DNA of 64,000 bases, from assembly GCA_964642925.1 (NCBI GenBank), contig CAZXPJ010000007.1, positions 10,664 through 74,663 on the forward strand. Direction: 5' to 3'. The notes below the pieces were generated by a model that saw nothing but the letters and a program-made list of their open reading frames with translations, searched no databases and was not told the DNA's origin. This stretch comes from an uncultured Eubacteriales bacterium. Lineage in GTDB: Bacteria; Bacillota; Peptococcia; Peptococcales; SKKY01. Made by a program: the position numbers and the translations under genes. The stretch's first letter is position 1; each line of letters starts with the position of its first letter. Of the stretch, positions 42,618 to 52,711 are shown one piece after another.

Positions 42618-43349
42618 TTATTTCTCCTTTTCTTTAACAGCTCCGAATCTTCTGTCTCTATCTTTATATTCATTAATGGCTTCTAATAAATGATTCTCTG
42701 TAAATTCAGGCCAAAGAACATCTGAGAACCAAAGTTCGGAATATGCTCCTTGCCACATTAGGAAATTACTTAATCTTTTTTCTCCAGAAGGTCTAATAAT
42801 AAGATCTGGGTCTGATTGACCACTAGTATATAAATGTTGAGAAATTAATTCTTCATTTATTTGATCTATGGATATTTCTCCAGATAATACTTTACTAGCT
42901 AAAAGCTTAAATCCATGGGTAATTTCTGCTCTACTTCCATAATTTAAAGCTACGTTCAAAATTAGCTTTTTATTATTTTTTGTTTTTTCTATTGCTTTTT
43001 CAATTTCTTTAACAGTTTGGGTAGGTAATTCTGAATAATTTCCAATAGGATTTATTCTAACACCATTTTTATGTAAAACATTAAGTTCTCTTTTAATATA
43101 TTCAATAATTAAAGACATTAAAACAGATACTTCTTCTTGAGGTCTTTTCCAGTTTTCTGTTGAAAAAGCATAAACTGTTAATATTTTAACACCAATATCC
43201 CCAGAATAACTGACTATTTTTTTTAATGTTTCTATACCCATTTTATGTCCAGCAGTTCTTGGAAGACCACGTTTCTCCGCCCATCTCCCATTGCCATCCA
43301 TAATTATTCCAATATGCAAAGGTATTTTGTTCTTGTCCATTAATGTCAT
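42618..43349 (-). CDS. uppS: Undecaprenyl diphosphate synthase
   Basis: HIGIIMDGNGRWA, YAFSTENWKR, IRPSGEKRLSNF. Confidence 0.98.
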   Translation of the reverse strand: MTLMDKNKIPLHIGIIMDGNGRWAEKRGLPRTAGHKMGIETLKKIVSYSGDIGVKILTVYAFSTENWKRPQEEVSVLMSLIIEYIKRELNVLHKNGVRINPIGNYSELPTQTVKEIEKAIEKTKNNKKLILNVALNYGSRAEITHGFKLLASKVLSGEISIDQINEELISQHLYTSGQSDPDLIIRPSGEKRLSNFLMWQGAYSELWFSDVLWPEFTENHLLEAINEYKDRDRRFGAVKEKEK

Positions 43350-43369
43350 AATTATTCACCATTGTAGAT

Positions 43370-43398
43370 AATAAGCCCCCCATTTTGGAGGGCTTATT
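43370..43398 (-). terminator. Stem-loop after frr (possible partial terminator or stability hairpin)
   Basis: AATAAGCCC..GGGCTTATT inverted repeat; U tract weak. Confidence 0.45.
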
Positions 43399-43406
43399 AT
43401 GAATTT

Positions 43407-43964
43407 TTAGATTTCAGTTACTTCTTTTTCTTTTATTTCTAATGTTTTATCAACTTCTGCAATATACTTATCTGTTAATTTTTGAATATCATCCATGGCT
43501 ACTTTTTCTTCATCTTCTGCAATTTCTTTATCTTTTTCCATTTTTTTCACTTTATCATTGGCATCTCTTCTTACATTTCTTATTCTTATTTTTATTTCTT
43601 CGGCCATTTTTTTTAATTCTTTTACTAATTCAATTCTTCTTTCACTTGTAAGTTGAGGAACTGCTAATCTAATAACCGTGCCATCCCCTGATGGTGTAAT
43701 CCCAATATTTGACTTTAAAATAGCTTTTTCAATCATTGGTATTGATGATTTATCCCAAGGTTGTATTACTAAGAGTCTAGCTTCAGGTACAGAGATATTT
43801 GATAGTTGATTAATCGGAGTATCTACTCCATAGTAATCTACAGTTATCTTTTCTACCATTTGGGGATTGGCTCTCCCAGCTCTTAAAGATGAATAATCAT
43901 TTTGTAAAGCTCTTAGTGCGCTTTCCATCTTTTCTTCTGTATCAAGTTTTAATTCTTCTAACAT
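43407..43964 (-). CDS. frr: Ribosome recycling factor
   Basis: LRAGRANP, DYYG, QPWDK, RIRNVRRDA. Confidence 0.98.
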   Translation of the reverse strand: MLEELKLDTEEKMESALRALQNDYSSLRAGRANPQMVEKITVDYYGVDTPINQLSNISVPEARLLVIQPWDKSSIPMIEKAILKSNIGITPSGDGTVIRLAVPQLTSERRIELVKELKKMAEEIKIRIRNVRRDANDKVKKMEKDKEIAEDEEKVAMDDIQKLTDKYIAEVDKTLEIKEKEVTEI

Positions 43965-43967
43965 TTT

Positions 43968-44684
43968 TTACCCTCCTACATAAGTACCTATTTTTTCTCC
44001 AAATATTACTTTTTTAATATTACCCTCTTCTATAATACTGAAAACAATAAGAGGAATATTATTATCCATACATAGGGATGCAGCCGTACTATCCATTACT
44101 CCTAGAGATTTATTTATTACTTCAATAAAACTTAATCGATCATATTTTATAGCGTTTGGATTTAAAACAGGATCGCAGTCATAAACACCATCAACTTTCT
44201 TTGCCATAAGAATGATCTCTGCTTCAATTTCGGCAGCTCTTAAGGCAGCAGTGGTATCTGTTGAAAAATAAGGATTACCTGTCCCAGCAGCAAAAATTAC
44301 TACTCGTTTTTTTTCTAAGTGACGAATTGCTTTTCTTCTAATATAAGGTTCTGCTATTTGTCTCATCTCTATAGCTGTCTGAACTCTTGTGGAAACACCA
44401 TAATTCTCTAATGCATCTTGTAGAGCTAAAGAATTTATTACCGTAGCTAACATTCCCATATAATCAGCAGTGGCTCTATCCATACCATGCTTACTACCGG
44501 AAACACCTCTCCAAATATTACCTCCGCCAACAACTATTGCAACTTCTACACCAAGGTCTATTATTTCACTTACTTGTGAAGCAAAGGATGATAATGTTTC
44601 TTGATTAATTCCGTAACCTAATTTACCGGCTAAAGATTCTCCACTTAATTTTATTATTACTCTATTAAACTTTGGTTTTTCCAT
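43968..44684 (-). CDS. pyrH: UMP kinase
   Basis: [40 protein letters not shown]. Confidence 0.99.
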   Translation of the reverse strand: MEKPKFNRVIIKLSGESLAGKLGYGINQETLSSFASQVSEIIDLGVEVAIVVGGGNIWRGVSGSKHGMDRATADYMGMLATVINSLALQDALENYGVSTRVQTAIEMRQIAEPYIRRKAIRHLEKKRVVIFAAGTGNPYFSTDTTAALRAAEIEAEIILMAKKVDGVYDCDPVLNPNAIKYDRLSFIEVINKSLGVMDSTAASLCMDNNIPLIVFSIIEEGNIKKVIFGEKIGTYVGG

Positions 44685-44711
44685 TTTTGATTTCTCCTAG
44701 CTATATTATTT

Positions 44712-44740
44712 AAAAAAAAAGAACACTTCGTGTTCTCTTT
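44712..44740 (-). terminator. Intrinsic terminator after tsf
   Basis: AGAACAC-GAA-GTGTTCT on the minus strand followed by a T9 run. Confidence 0.8.
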
Positions 44741-44743
44741 TTT

Positions 44744-45394
44744 TTATTTATTAATTTCAGCCATTACTTCGCTAGCAAAATCTTCTTGCTTCTTTTCTAA
44801 GCCTTCACCCATTTGATAACGGGTAAATCTTCTAACTTGTATATTTTCACCAATTTCACTAATAGCCTCATTAATCATTTCTGAAACAGTTTTTGAAGGA
44901 TCCTTTACAAAAGCTTGATCTAAAAGACAGATTTCTTGATAATATTTTTTAATTCTTCCCTCAACCATTTTATCTACAACCTGCTGTGGTTTTCCTTCAT
45001 TTAAAGCTTGTGCTCTTAGAATTTCTTTTTCTTTATTTAATTCTGTAGGATCTACTTCTTCACTTCTAATATAGCTTGGGTTTGAAGCAGCAATTTGCAT
45101 AGCGATATCTTTAACTAAAATCTTAAACTTATCTGTTTTAGCAACAAAATCAGTTTCACAGTTTACTTCTACTAGGACGCCAATTTTTCCACCCATGTGA
45201 ATGTATGATTCAACAATACCCTCAGCTGCAATTCTAGATGATTTCTTTTGAGCTGCTGCTAAACCTTTTTCTCTTAAATACTCAATAGATTTTTCGATAT
45301 TACCATCATTTTCTAGTAGAGCTTTTTTACAATCCATCATTCCTGCTCCTGATTTTTCTCTTAATTCTTTTACCATAGCCGCCGTAACTGACAT
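44744..45394 (-). CDS. tsf: Elongation factor Ts (short form)
   Basis: [37 protein letters not shown]; second ATG (45394) has the correct spacing from AGGAGG. Confidence 0.98.
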   Translation of the reverse strand: MSVTAAMVKELREKSGAGMMDCKKALLENDGNIEKSIEYLREKGLAAAQKKSSRIAAEGIVESYIHMGGKIGVLVEVNCETDFVAKTDKFKILVKDIAMQIAASNPSYIRSEEVDPTELNKEKEILRAQALNEGKPQQVVDKMVEGRIKKYYQEICLLDQAFVKDPSKTVSEMINEAISEIGENIQVRRFTRYQMGEGLEKKQEDFASEVMAEINK

Positions 45395-45413
45395 TTTCAT
45401 ACCTCCTGTATTT

Positions 45414-45461
45414 AAAAAAGGGTAGCCATTGATGGCTTATTCACCTAATGGTACCCCTTTC
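45414..45461 (-). terminator. rpsB-tsf intergenic terminator-like structure
   Basis: GGGUA-CCAUU pairs with AAUGG-C-UACCC, followed by U6. Confidence 0.55.
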
Positions 45462-45479
45462 ATAATTCAAAATTGTTTT

Positions 45480-46298
45480 TTATTTTTCTTCTTCTTTTAC
45501 TTCTTCTGCAGATTCAGTATTAACTTCTACTGTATCTTCTGCCGCTGCTTTCTCTTCAACTACTTTTGCATCTGCTGCTGCTTTTGCATCTGCTGCTTCT
45601 TGAGCGCTATTAATCATTCCTTGTTTTGCTTCAAACACTGCATTAGCCATTACCCTTGTTATAAGGTTTACAGCTCTAATTGCATCGTCATTACCAGGAA
45701 TAACATAATCTGCTTCATCAGGATCACAATTTGTATCAACAATAGAAATTACAGGGATTCCTAGTTTTTTAGCTTCAAGAATAGCAATTCTCTCTTTTTT
45801 AGGATCTACAACAAAAATAGCTCCAGGTAGAGTTTTCATATCCTTAATACCGCCTAAAAACCTTTCTAATCTTTCTTGTTCTTTCTGAAGTTGGAATACT
45901 TCTTTTTTAGGAAGAAGATTCATTGTTCCATCTTCTTGCATTCTTTCAAGTTCAAATAATCTATCAATTCTTTTCTTGATAGTTTTGTAGTTGGTAAGCA
46001 TTCCACCTAACCAACGTTCATTGACATAGAATTCTCCACATCTTAGTGCCTCTTCTTTAATAGTGTTTTGCGCTTGCTTTTTAGTGCCAATAAAAATAAC
46101 CGGTTTACCTTCTTCAGCTACACCTCTTAAAAACTCATAAGCTTCTTCGATTTTTTTCAATGATTTTTGTAAATCAATGATATAAATTCCATTTCTTGCT
46201 CCAAAAATATACTTACTCATCTTCGGATTCCATCTTCTTGTTTGATGTCCGAAATGTACACCAGCTTCAAGTAATTGTTTCATAGTAACTACCGCCAT
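45480..46298 (-). CDS. rpsB: 30S ribosomal protein S2
   Basis: [44 protein letters not shown]. Confidence 0.99.
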   Translation of the reverse strand: MAVVTMKQLLEAGVHFGHQTRRWNPKMSKYIFGARNGIYIIDLQKSLKKIEEAYEFLRGVAEEGKPVIFIGTKKQAQNTIKEEALRCGEFYVNERWLGGMLTNYKTIKKRIDRLFELERMQEDGTMNLLPKKEVFQLQKEQERLERFLGGIKDMKTLPGAIFVVDPKKERIAILEAKKLGIPVISIVDTNCDPDEADYVIPGNDDAIRAVNLITRVMANAVFEAKQGMINSAQEAADAKAAADAKVVEEKAAAEDTVEVNTESAEEVKEEEK

Positions 46299-46304
46299 TT
46301 AGGC

Positions 46305-46398
46305 ACCTCCTCTCGTTTTTTTCCTCCGCTTTTTTCAGCTTATTGTACAACTCATAAAGAGCAACAGTACAACAATCCAAAAGCGTGTGTTTTAATAC
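46305..46398 (-). promoter_or_regulatory. rpsB 5' leader (S2 autoregulatory element)
   Basis: ACACACGC near the 5' end and GCGGAGG before the RBS, with a central hairpin; typical of rpsB leaders. Confidence 0.7.
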
Positions 46399-46406
46399 CG
46401 TCGATA

Positions 46407-46435
46407 ATTTTATCATATAATACTTGTTAAATCAA
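46407..46435 (-). promoter_or_regulatory. Sigma-A promoter for rpsB-tsf
   Basis: TTGATT (46435-46430), 17 nt, TAAAAT (46412-46407) with extended TG. Confidence 0.8.
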
Positions 46436-46747
46436 TTAAATTTTAATATCTAATTTCCCAGGGGTGAAGCATGGAATTTGTTCTTCCATTTTTGTTTCTT
46501 CTTTTGTTTTACTCTTAGATTTATCATGTTGTCCATTCTTATTTTCTTTAGAATCATTTAAAAGATCTTTTTTCTCACTTTTATCTGTACCATTAACACT
46601 ATTCATTCTTTTTGCTATTTCTTCGTTAGCCGATAATGCTTTTTGTTGAGATTCAATATCTCCCTTTTTTAAAATATTTTGTTGTTCTTTACTAGCATCA
46701 AAAGACTTTGGAATTGCTAGTTGAAGCTCAATTGGTCTTATTGACAT
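46436..46747 (-). CDS. Hypothetical protein at the end of the fla/che cluster
   Basis: MSIRPIELQLAIPKS N-terminus and GKLDIKI C-terminus resemble small clostridial proteins found after DUF342 genes (recalled, not searched). Confidence 0.75.
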   Translation of the reverse strand: MSIRPIELQLAIPKSFDASKEQQNILKKGDIESQQKALSANEEIAKRMNSVNGTDKSEKKDLLNDSKENKNGQHDKSKSKTKEETKMEEQIPCFTPGKLDIKI

Positions 46748-46769
46748 AATAAAACACCACTTTTCATAT

Positions 46770-48353
46770 TTATATTAAAGGGCTAGTAACAATATCTCCA
46801 GAACTTAGAAATATCTTCACTTTATAATTTTCATTTACAAATTTTTTTGAGTATTCCCCTATATGCACTTCTGTTCCTGGGTTCAGAACTTCTTCTACTT
46901 CTATAAAAGCATCTTTTAATTGATTTAATTTTTCTGAAAATTCAATTACTTCTTGTCTTAGCTCCTCTTCTTTTTCAACTAGTTTTTTTAAATTACAAAG
47001 AAAATCAAACAGCATTTTTTCTCTTGAAGGAGATAATTCTCCTTGTCTTTCTTTTGTTTCTTCTAAAATTCTTATACCTTGCTTAGATTTTTTTATACTA
47101 TCTTTTACTTCATTATATTTACAAGAAACAACAAGAAACTCATCTTTTAAAGCTGGATCCACTCCTATTTCAAATTCGGTTTTAGTAGCTAAACTACTTC
47201 CAACATTTTTACATTTTATAAAAAGAGCCGCTCTAGTTATTCCACCTACAATAAGACCTTTATTTTTTGTTAAAACAACTGAATTACCAGCAATAATTTC
47301 ACTATGCATTATTGCCTCATCTGCAAATATATCTACATTAGCTCTTACAAATGCATTTTCAATAAATTTAGTACTAACAGATCCCTTAGCTATTATTCTA
47401 GTTCTTTTTAATCCTCTAATTCCAATTGTTATAAAAACATTCCCATCAGCTTCAATTGATCCACCTTCTACTATACCGTAAATATGAACATCTCCACCTG
47501 ATTTTATGGTAAAACCATTTTTTAGGTTTCCTTTTACCACAACATTACCAAGAAATTCAATGTTACCTGTAGAAAAATCCACATCTCCATTTACTTCAAA
47601 TATAGGAAGAATTGAGACACGATTTCTTGATGTAGAAAGCATTCCATCTATTATAGCTACAGCTTTTAATCCATCTGGGGTATGTTCAATATTTTTACCT
47701 GGGGGTAGCTTGGCATTTTTCCCATTTAGTGCATGTATAGCTTTTCCCTTAACAGTTATGCCCGGAACTCCTAGTGTTGGAGGTATTTTTTCTATTATTA
47801 CTTGTCCTTTTCTTACATTGACGATTACATTTGTATTATAGAAATCTGCACTACCATCTTTTAAGAGTTTAGGTTTAGCAGGACCTGGATTGTAAATTTT
47901 ATAAACTATTTCAGCATCAACACCATTAATAGCATCTCTTGTTTCAGCAAAAAGCTCATCTATAAAAATTTCTTTAGTATTCTTTATTTTAATGAGAGCT
48001 ACGTCAATTAATCCATGACTAATTCCTTGACGTGCAATTTCTTGGTTTATCATATCAGGAGAAGGGCAGGATCCTGTGATTAGATCCGGATAAGTTGTTA
48101 TAAAAGCTTGTGTCATTTTTCCATTAAATGTAATTTCCACTTTTGCATTTGTATCGATTTTTTCTTTATGACCAATTTTTATTTCAGAAATACTACCCTC
48201 TGCCCATTTAGCAATAGATAACTGGTCGATTTTTATATTTCTAATTTTAATCTCTCTAGATAGATAAGAACCTAGTTTTTCATTTACATTGGTTATATCC
48301 TTTTTCTTTATTGAAAATTCTTCATCTATTAAAACCCAATCATAATACTTCAC
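46770..48353 (-). CDS. FapA/DUF342 family protein
   Basis: VDFSTGNIEFLGNVVVKG, GLIVGG, beta-helix-like repeats, C-terminal coiled coil, PGTEVHIG. Confidence 0.88.
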   Translation of the reverse strand: MKYYDWVLIDEEFSIKKKDITNVNEKLGSYLSREIKIRNIKIDQLSIAKWAEGSISEIKIGHKEKIDTNAKVEITFNGKMTQAFITTYPDLITGSCPSPDMINQEIARQGISHGLIDVALIKIKNTKEIFIDELFAETRDAINGVDAEIVYKIYNPGPAKPKLLKDGSADFYNTNVIVNVRKGQVIIEKIPPTLGVPGITVKGKAIHALNGKNAKLPPGKNIEHTPDGLKAVAIIDGMLSTSRNRVSILPIFEVNGDVDFSTGNIEFLGNVVVKGNLKNGFTIKSGGDVHIYGIVEGGSIEADGNVFITIGIRGLKRTRIIAKGSVSTKFIENAFVRANVDIFADEAIMHSEIIAGNSVVLTKNKGLIVGGITRAALFIKCKNVGSSLATKTEFEIGVDPALKDEFLVVSCKYNEVKDSIKKSKQGIRILEETKERQGELSPSREKMLFDFLCNLKKLVEKEEELRQEVIEFSEKLNQLKDAFIEVEEVLNPGTEVHIGEYSKKFVNENYKVKIFLSSGDIVTSPLI

Positions 48354-48377
48354 TTATTTACCTCCTATCTCTTTATC

Positions 48378-49133
48378 TCAATCTATGTATTCTTGTAAAG
48401 CTCCTTTTAGTTTAATAATTGATTTTTTATGAATTTGTGAAATTCTTCCTTCAGAAAGATCAAGTACTCTGGCTACTTCCTTTGTGGTTAAATCTTCGAA
48501 ATAAATTAAAGATACTACTATTTTTTCTTTTTCGTTAAGTTTCTCAATTTTTTTGATAAGTAAGCTTTTTAATTCATTCCGCTCTACTACTACTTGAGGA
48601 CCCGGTTCCTTTTCATCAGCAAGAAAATCTTTTAAAATAAATGTATCATCATTACCTGATTCAAGAGAATTTTCTAAGGAATATATTGTTAAGGAGGCTG
48701 CATCATTTAAATTTTTTTGATATGTTTCTATATCCATTTCTAAAAATTCAGCTACTTCCCCATCCTCTGGCTCCCTTCCAAATTCTTTTTCTAAATATTG
48801 ATAAGCTTTTTCCATTGCTTTTGTCTTTCTTCTAAGAGATTGAGGTGCCCAATCCATTTTTCTTAGTCCATCATAAATTGCTCCCCTAATTCTTAATGAT
48901 GCATAAATTTCAAATAACACATTTCTGCTTGGGTCATATTTATCAACAGCATCAATTAAACCAAAGGTACCATAAGAAATAAGATCATCTATTTCCACCA
49001 TACTAGGAAGCGATTGAGAAATTTTATAAGCATGAGTTTTTACCAGATCAACATAGTTTATTATTAATTGTTCTCTAGCCCGGCTATTTTTATTATTCAG
49101 ATGGGATTCCCAAAGCTTATTTTTATCATCCAT
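48378..49133 (-). CDS. fliA: Flagellar sigma factor FliA/SigD (WhiG family)
   Basis: DDLISYGTFGLIDAVDKYD, RIRGAIYDGLR..DW, LSEGRISQIH. Confidence 0.96.
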   Translation of the reverse strand: MDDKNKLWESHLNNKNSRAREQLIINYVDLVKTHAYKISQSLPSMVEIDDLISYGTFGLIDAVDKYDPSRNVLFEIYASLRIRGAIYDGLRKMDWAPQSLRRKTKAMEKAYQYLEKEFGREPEDGEVAEFLEMDIETYQKNLNDAASLTIYSLENSLESGNDDTFILKDFLADEKEPGPQVVVERNELKSLLIKKIEKLNEKEKIVVSLIYFEDLTTKEVARVLDLSEGRISQIHKKSIIKLKGALQEYID

Positions 49134-49134
49134 T

Positions 49135-49617
49135 TTATATTTCCTTTACTCCATATTTTATTGATTTAACAGTTAATTTTCCATCAACTGCAAATAACTC
49201 GATAGTTCTTCCAAAGTTATCTCCAGTATCTTCTGCTATTATTTTTATACCATGATTATTTAGGTGTTCCTTAACAGCGGCAACATTTCTTTGTCCAATT
49301 TTCATAATATCACTGGCGTTGGATGAGGTAAACATCTGAGCTCCTCCAGCTATTTTTGCGGTAAACCGGCCCTTAACCCCGCCCATTTTTTCCATATTAA
49401 TTATTAAATCCATTATACCTGTATCTGCGAATTTAAATCTATTAGAATTGTTTTTTGTATTATTACTATCTGGCAACATTATATGTACCATTCCAGCTAT
49501 TTTTTTTACAGAATCATATAAACAAACTCCAACACAAGAACCTAAGCCAATGGTTATTATAGAATCATTTGTCCCACAAACAGCCGCTTCAGCTATTCCT
49601 ACTTTATGTTGTGTCAT
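49135..49617 (-). CDS. cheD: Chemoreceptor glutamine deamidase CheD
   Basis: TIGLGSCVGV, GMVHIMLP, KFADTG, AKIAGGAQMF, IGQRN. Confidence 0.97.
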   Translation of the reverse strand: MTQHKVGIAEAAVCGTNDSIITIGLGSCVGVCLYDSVKKIAGMVHIMLPDSNNTKNNSNRFKFADTGIMDLIINMEKMGGVKGRFTAKIAGGAQMFTSSNASDIMKIGQRNVAAVKEHLNNHGIKIIAEDTGDNFGRTIELFAVDGKLTVKSIKYGVKEI

Positions 49618-49619
49618 TA

Positions 49620-50231
49620 TTATGATACTCCTAATCTTTCCAAGATTTTTTTTAAGGATTGAGGTTCAGGAAGAAGAAAAAAATGACCATTAACCTCTAT
49701 TTCTTCTTCTCTAAAGACACTTTCAATAACAAATGCATAATCACTAACTTCCCCATATAATTGTAGTACATTACCAATGATTGCTCCTGACATATCATAA
49801 GCTAAAGCTGGTACAGTAGCTTCAAAAAGAAGATTTGTAAACATTCCTAGAGAATTTAAATATGCTCCCGCTAGAATATTAGTTACTTCTTTTACTACTG
49901 ATTCGCACATTTCATCGAAATCTTCAAAACTTTTTAATTCTTTACCTATTAATATTTTCATAAATAGTGCAACACTTTTTTCAGGAATAGCAAAAAGTAT
50001 GCTCATAGGAGCATCTCCTTTTACTTCTAAGTATCCTCCGGCAACTAATGAATCTGCTCCTCCCATTATTTCAACTACTTCATTAAAGGGAAGAACACCA
50101 ATTTTAGGTACTGACATATCTATTCTTTTGTTTAGTAAGGTGGACAATGCAGTGGCAGCATTACCAGCACCAATATTACCTATTTCTTTTAGTGCATCTA
50201 ATTGTAAAGGGTTTAAGTCTTCAAATTTCAT
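49620..50231 (-). CDS. cheC: CheY-P phosphatase CheC
   Basis: DALKEIGNIGAGNAATALS and KEVTNILAG (two ExxN motifs). Confidence 0.96.
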   Translation of the reverse strand: MKFEDLNPLQLDALKEIGNIGAGNAATALSTLLNKRIDMSVPKIGVLPFNEVVEIMGGADSLVAGGYLEVKGDAPMSILFAIPEKSVALFMKILIGKELKSFEDFDEMCESVVKEVTNILAGAYLNSLGMFTNLLFEATVPALAYDMSGAIIGNVLQLYGEVSDYAFVIESVFREEEIEVNGHFFLLPEPQSLKKILERLGVS

Positions 50232-50240
50232 AATATTCTC

Positions 50241-50684
50241 CTATTCCTTTTTTTCATCAGATTCAGCAATGGTAAGAATCTCTTCTAATTTAAGAAGAAT
50301 TAATAATCTTCCCTCGTATTTTCCTACACCATCAACAAATTTTTTATCAATAGAATCTATTAAATTTGGTTCTTCAATATCTTCTTCTTTTATTCTTATA
50401 ACTTCAGTCACATTATCAACAATAATTCCAAAACGATTATTATTTACTGTCAAAATAATAATTCTTGTAGCTTCATCTACAGTTTTTTCTTCACCTTTAA
50501 ATTTTTTCCTTATGTTCAAAATAGGTACTACGTTACCTCGAAGATTAATTACACCTTTTACATAAGTACTTGATTTCGGTACCCTTGTAATTTTTATCAT
50601 TTTTAAAATCTCATTTACAGAGAGAATATCTACTCCATACTCCTCTTCACCCAACATAAAACCAACTATTTGCAACTCTTTCAA
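50241..50684 (-). CDS. cheW: Chemotaxis coupling protein CheW
   Basis: EEYGVDI, ITRVP, GVINLRGNVVPI, GIIVDNV. Confidence 0.96.
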   Translation of the reverse strand: MKELQIVGFMLGEEEYGVDILSVNEILKMIKITRVPKSSTYVKGVINLRGNVVPILNIRKKFKGEEKTVDEATRIIILTVNNNRFGIIVDNVTEVIRIKEEDIEEPNLIDSIDKKFVDGVGKYEGRLLILLKLEEILTIAESDEKKE

Positions 50685-50695
50685 AATAACTCCTC

Positions 50696-51781
50696 CTATC
50701 TTGTTAATCTTTTATATGCATTTAATATTTCAAAAGCTATATTATCTAAAGGCGCTTTTATGTCAACTGCATTTGCCTCTACCGCTGCTTTAGGCATTCC
50801 ATAAACTACGCTGGTCTCCTCAGATTCAGCAATAGTAATAGCACCTTGATTATTTAATTTTACCATTCCATCTCGACCATCATATCCCATTCCCGTCATT
50901 ATTACTGCTATTACTTTAGAAAAATTATAAGTTGCAAAGGAATTAAACAAATAATCTACTGAAGGTCTATGACCGTTTACTAACTCATCTTTCGATAGTT
51001 TAATTTTTAACTGACTACCTGTTAAAGTTATTCCCATTTGATATCCACCAGGAGCGAGATAAGCATGTCCAGGTTTGACTTCATCCCCATCTTCAGCTTC
51101 TTTTACTCGAAAAGTAGAAATCAGGTCCAATCTCATGGCTAAAGATTTGGTAAAGGTTGCAGGCATATGCTGTACAATAAATACAGCAGCATTAATATTA
51201 CTACTTAAGTCATCCATAACTTTATGAAGAGCTCTTGGCCCTCCTGTTGAGGTTCCTATAAGTATAACAGGAAAAGGAAGATTGTTTTTCTTTTTTTGAG
51301 AAAGTTCTAGGCCTATAGGGATTTCTTTCCTTATTGATGGTACTTGGATTAGTCTTTTGTTTTTAATTTCTTTTCTGGGTTTACTTTTACTTGCTATTTT
51401 TACTTTTTCTATTATTTGGTCTTGTATTTCATCCATTTTTATAGAAATAGAACCACCAGGTTTAGCTATAAATTCAACAGCACCTAATTCTAAAGCTTTT
51501 AAGGTAACTTCCGCTCCCTCTTTTGTTAAACTACTTACCATAACTACCGGTGTTGGGCATTCTTCCATAATTATTGTTAAGGCTGATAGACCATCCATAA
51601 CTGGCATTTCTATATCCATAGTTATTACATCTGGTTTTAATCTCCTTATTTTTTCTAAAGCATCTTTACCATTTCTTGCTATATCTATTATTTCTATTTC
51701 AGAATCTTTTTCTAATATATCTCTTATCATTTTTCTCATAAAAGAAGAATCATCTACAATTAGTACTTTTATTTTTTCCAT
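50696..51781 (-). CDS. cheB: Chemotaxis response regulator methylesterase CheB
   Basis: Receiver VDDS..MDIEMP..KP; esterase GTSTGGP, VQHMP, HRPSVD, MTGMGYDG. Confidence 0.98.
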   Translation of the reverse strand: MEKIKVLIVDDSSFMRKMIRDILEKDSEIEIIDIARNGKDALEKIRRLKPDVITMDIEMPVMDGLSALTIIMEECPTPVVMVSSLTKEGAEVTLKALELGAVEFIAKPGGSISIKMDEIQDQIIEKVKIASKSKPRKEIKNKRLIQVPSIRKEIPIGLELSQKKKNNLPFPVILIGTSTGGPRALHKVMDDLSSNINAAVFIVQHMPATFTKSLAMRLDLISTFRVKEAEDGDEVKPGHAYLAPGGYQMGITLTGSQLKIKLSKDELVNGHRPSVDYLFNSFATYNFSKVIAVIMTGMGYDGRDGMVKLNNQGAITIAESEETSVVYGMPKAAVEANAVDIKAPLDNIAFEILNAYKRLTR

Positions 51782-51817
51782 TATTAAACCTCCTATAAAG
51801 CAGAATTAAAAATACTC

Positions 51818-52711
51818 TTACCCTCTTAACAAGGAAGATATCCTGGAAAAATAATCTTTTAATCCTTTGTTTATCTTTTTTTCGTAATTTATATCTAGAA
51901 TATCAGCAGCAATATGATATACATCAGCTGCAGCTTGTGAGTTAGGGGCAGATATTAAAAAAGGTTCCTGTCTTTTTACTGCATTAATTACCATTTTATC
52001 ATCGTGAATAAAACCTAGAACATCTAAATCGCATTTCTCGAGAAATCTATCTGCAACTATTCTTATTTTCTTACCTGTAAGCTCTCCTTCTTCTTTGGAT
52101 ACAACTCTATTTACAATTAACTTAATTTTTCCCATATATCGGTTTCGATTTATAGTTTTAATTAAACCATATGCATCAGTTAAAGATGTAGGTTCTGGAA
52201 TTGTTATAACAAAAACTTCATCTGCAGCAAGAGAAAAACTTAAAACACTTTTGCTTAAACCAGCCCCTGTGTCGATTAAAAGGAAATCATATTCATTATC
52301 TATTTGAGATAATTGAGTTAAAAAATTGTTTAACTCATCCTCAGGTAGTTGAGCTAATTCAAAAACTCCAGATCCACCTGGTATAATATCAATATTATTT
52401 GGACCTTTAATAATAATATCTTTAATAGTTCTTTTTCCACTTATTACATGAGATAAATTATATTTTGGAGCAGCTCCTAATAAAACATCAATGTTTGCAA
52501 GACCTAAATCAGCGTCTAATATAAGAATTTTTTTTCCAAACTCTCCCAAAGCAATGCCAAGGTTAAGTGATATATTGGTTTTACCAACTCCACCTTTACC
52601 AGAAGCAATAGTGATAACTTTGGTCTTCTTCTCCAAACCTTTGATCTTATTTTCCACATCCGTTTTTAAGTTTTCTGCTAGTATTCTTAATCGATCTAGT
52701 TGGTTACTCAT
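51818..52711 (-). CDS. flhG: MinD/ParA family flagellar ATPase FlhG (YlxH)
   Basis: SGKGGVGKT, DADLGLANID, IDTGAG, PEPTSLTDAY; follows flhF. Confidence 0.93.
   Translation of the reverse strand: MSNQLDRLRILAENLKTDVENKIKGLEKKTKVITIASGKGGVGKTNISLNLGIALGEFGKKILILDADLGLANIDVLLGAAPKYNLSHVISGKRTIKDIIIKGPNNIDIIPGGSGVFELAQLPEDELNNFLTQLSQIDNEYDFLLIDTGAGLSKSVLSFSLAADEVFVITIPEPTSLTDAYGLIKTINRNRYMGKIKLIVNRVVSKEEGELTGKKIRIVADRFLEKCDLDVLGFIHDDKMVINAVKRQEPFLISAPNSQAAADVYHIAADILDINYEKKINKGLKDYFSRISSLLRG

Noticed and set aside
45560-45600. Tandem repeat (GCAGCAGATGCAAAA-like unit twice) in rpsB
   Set aside because: Encodes AADAK repeats in the variable S2 C-terminal tail; an ordinary coding duplication, not CRISPR or a regulatory repeat
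50685-50695. Possible cheA pseudogene remnant between cheB and cheW
   Set aside because: Only 11 bp, consisting of the cheW RBS
51895-51930. GCTGATAT resembling a SigD -10 box inside flhG, upstream of cheB
   Set aside because: No TAAA -35 element at the correct spacing; lies in coding sequence
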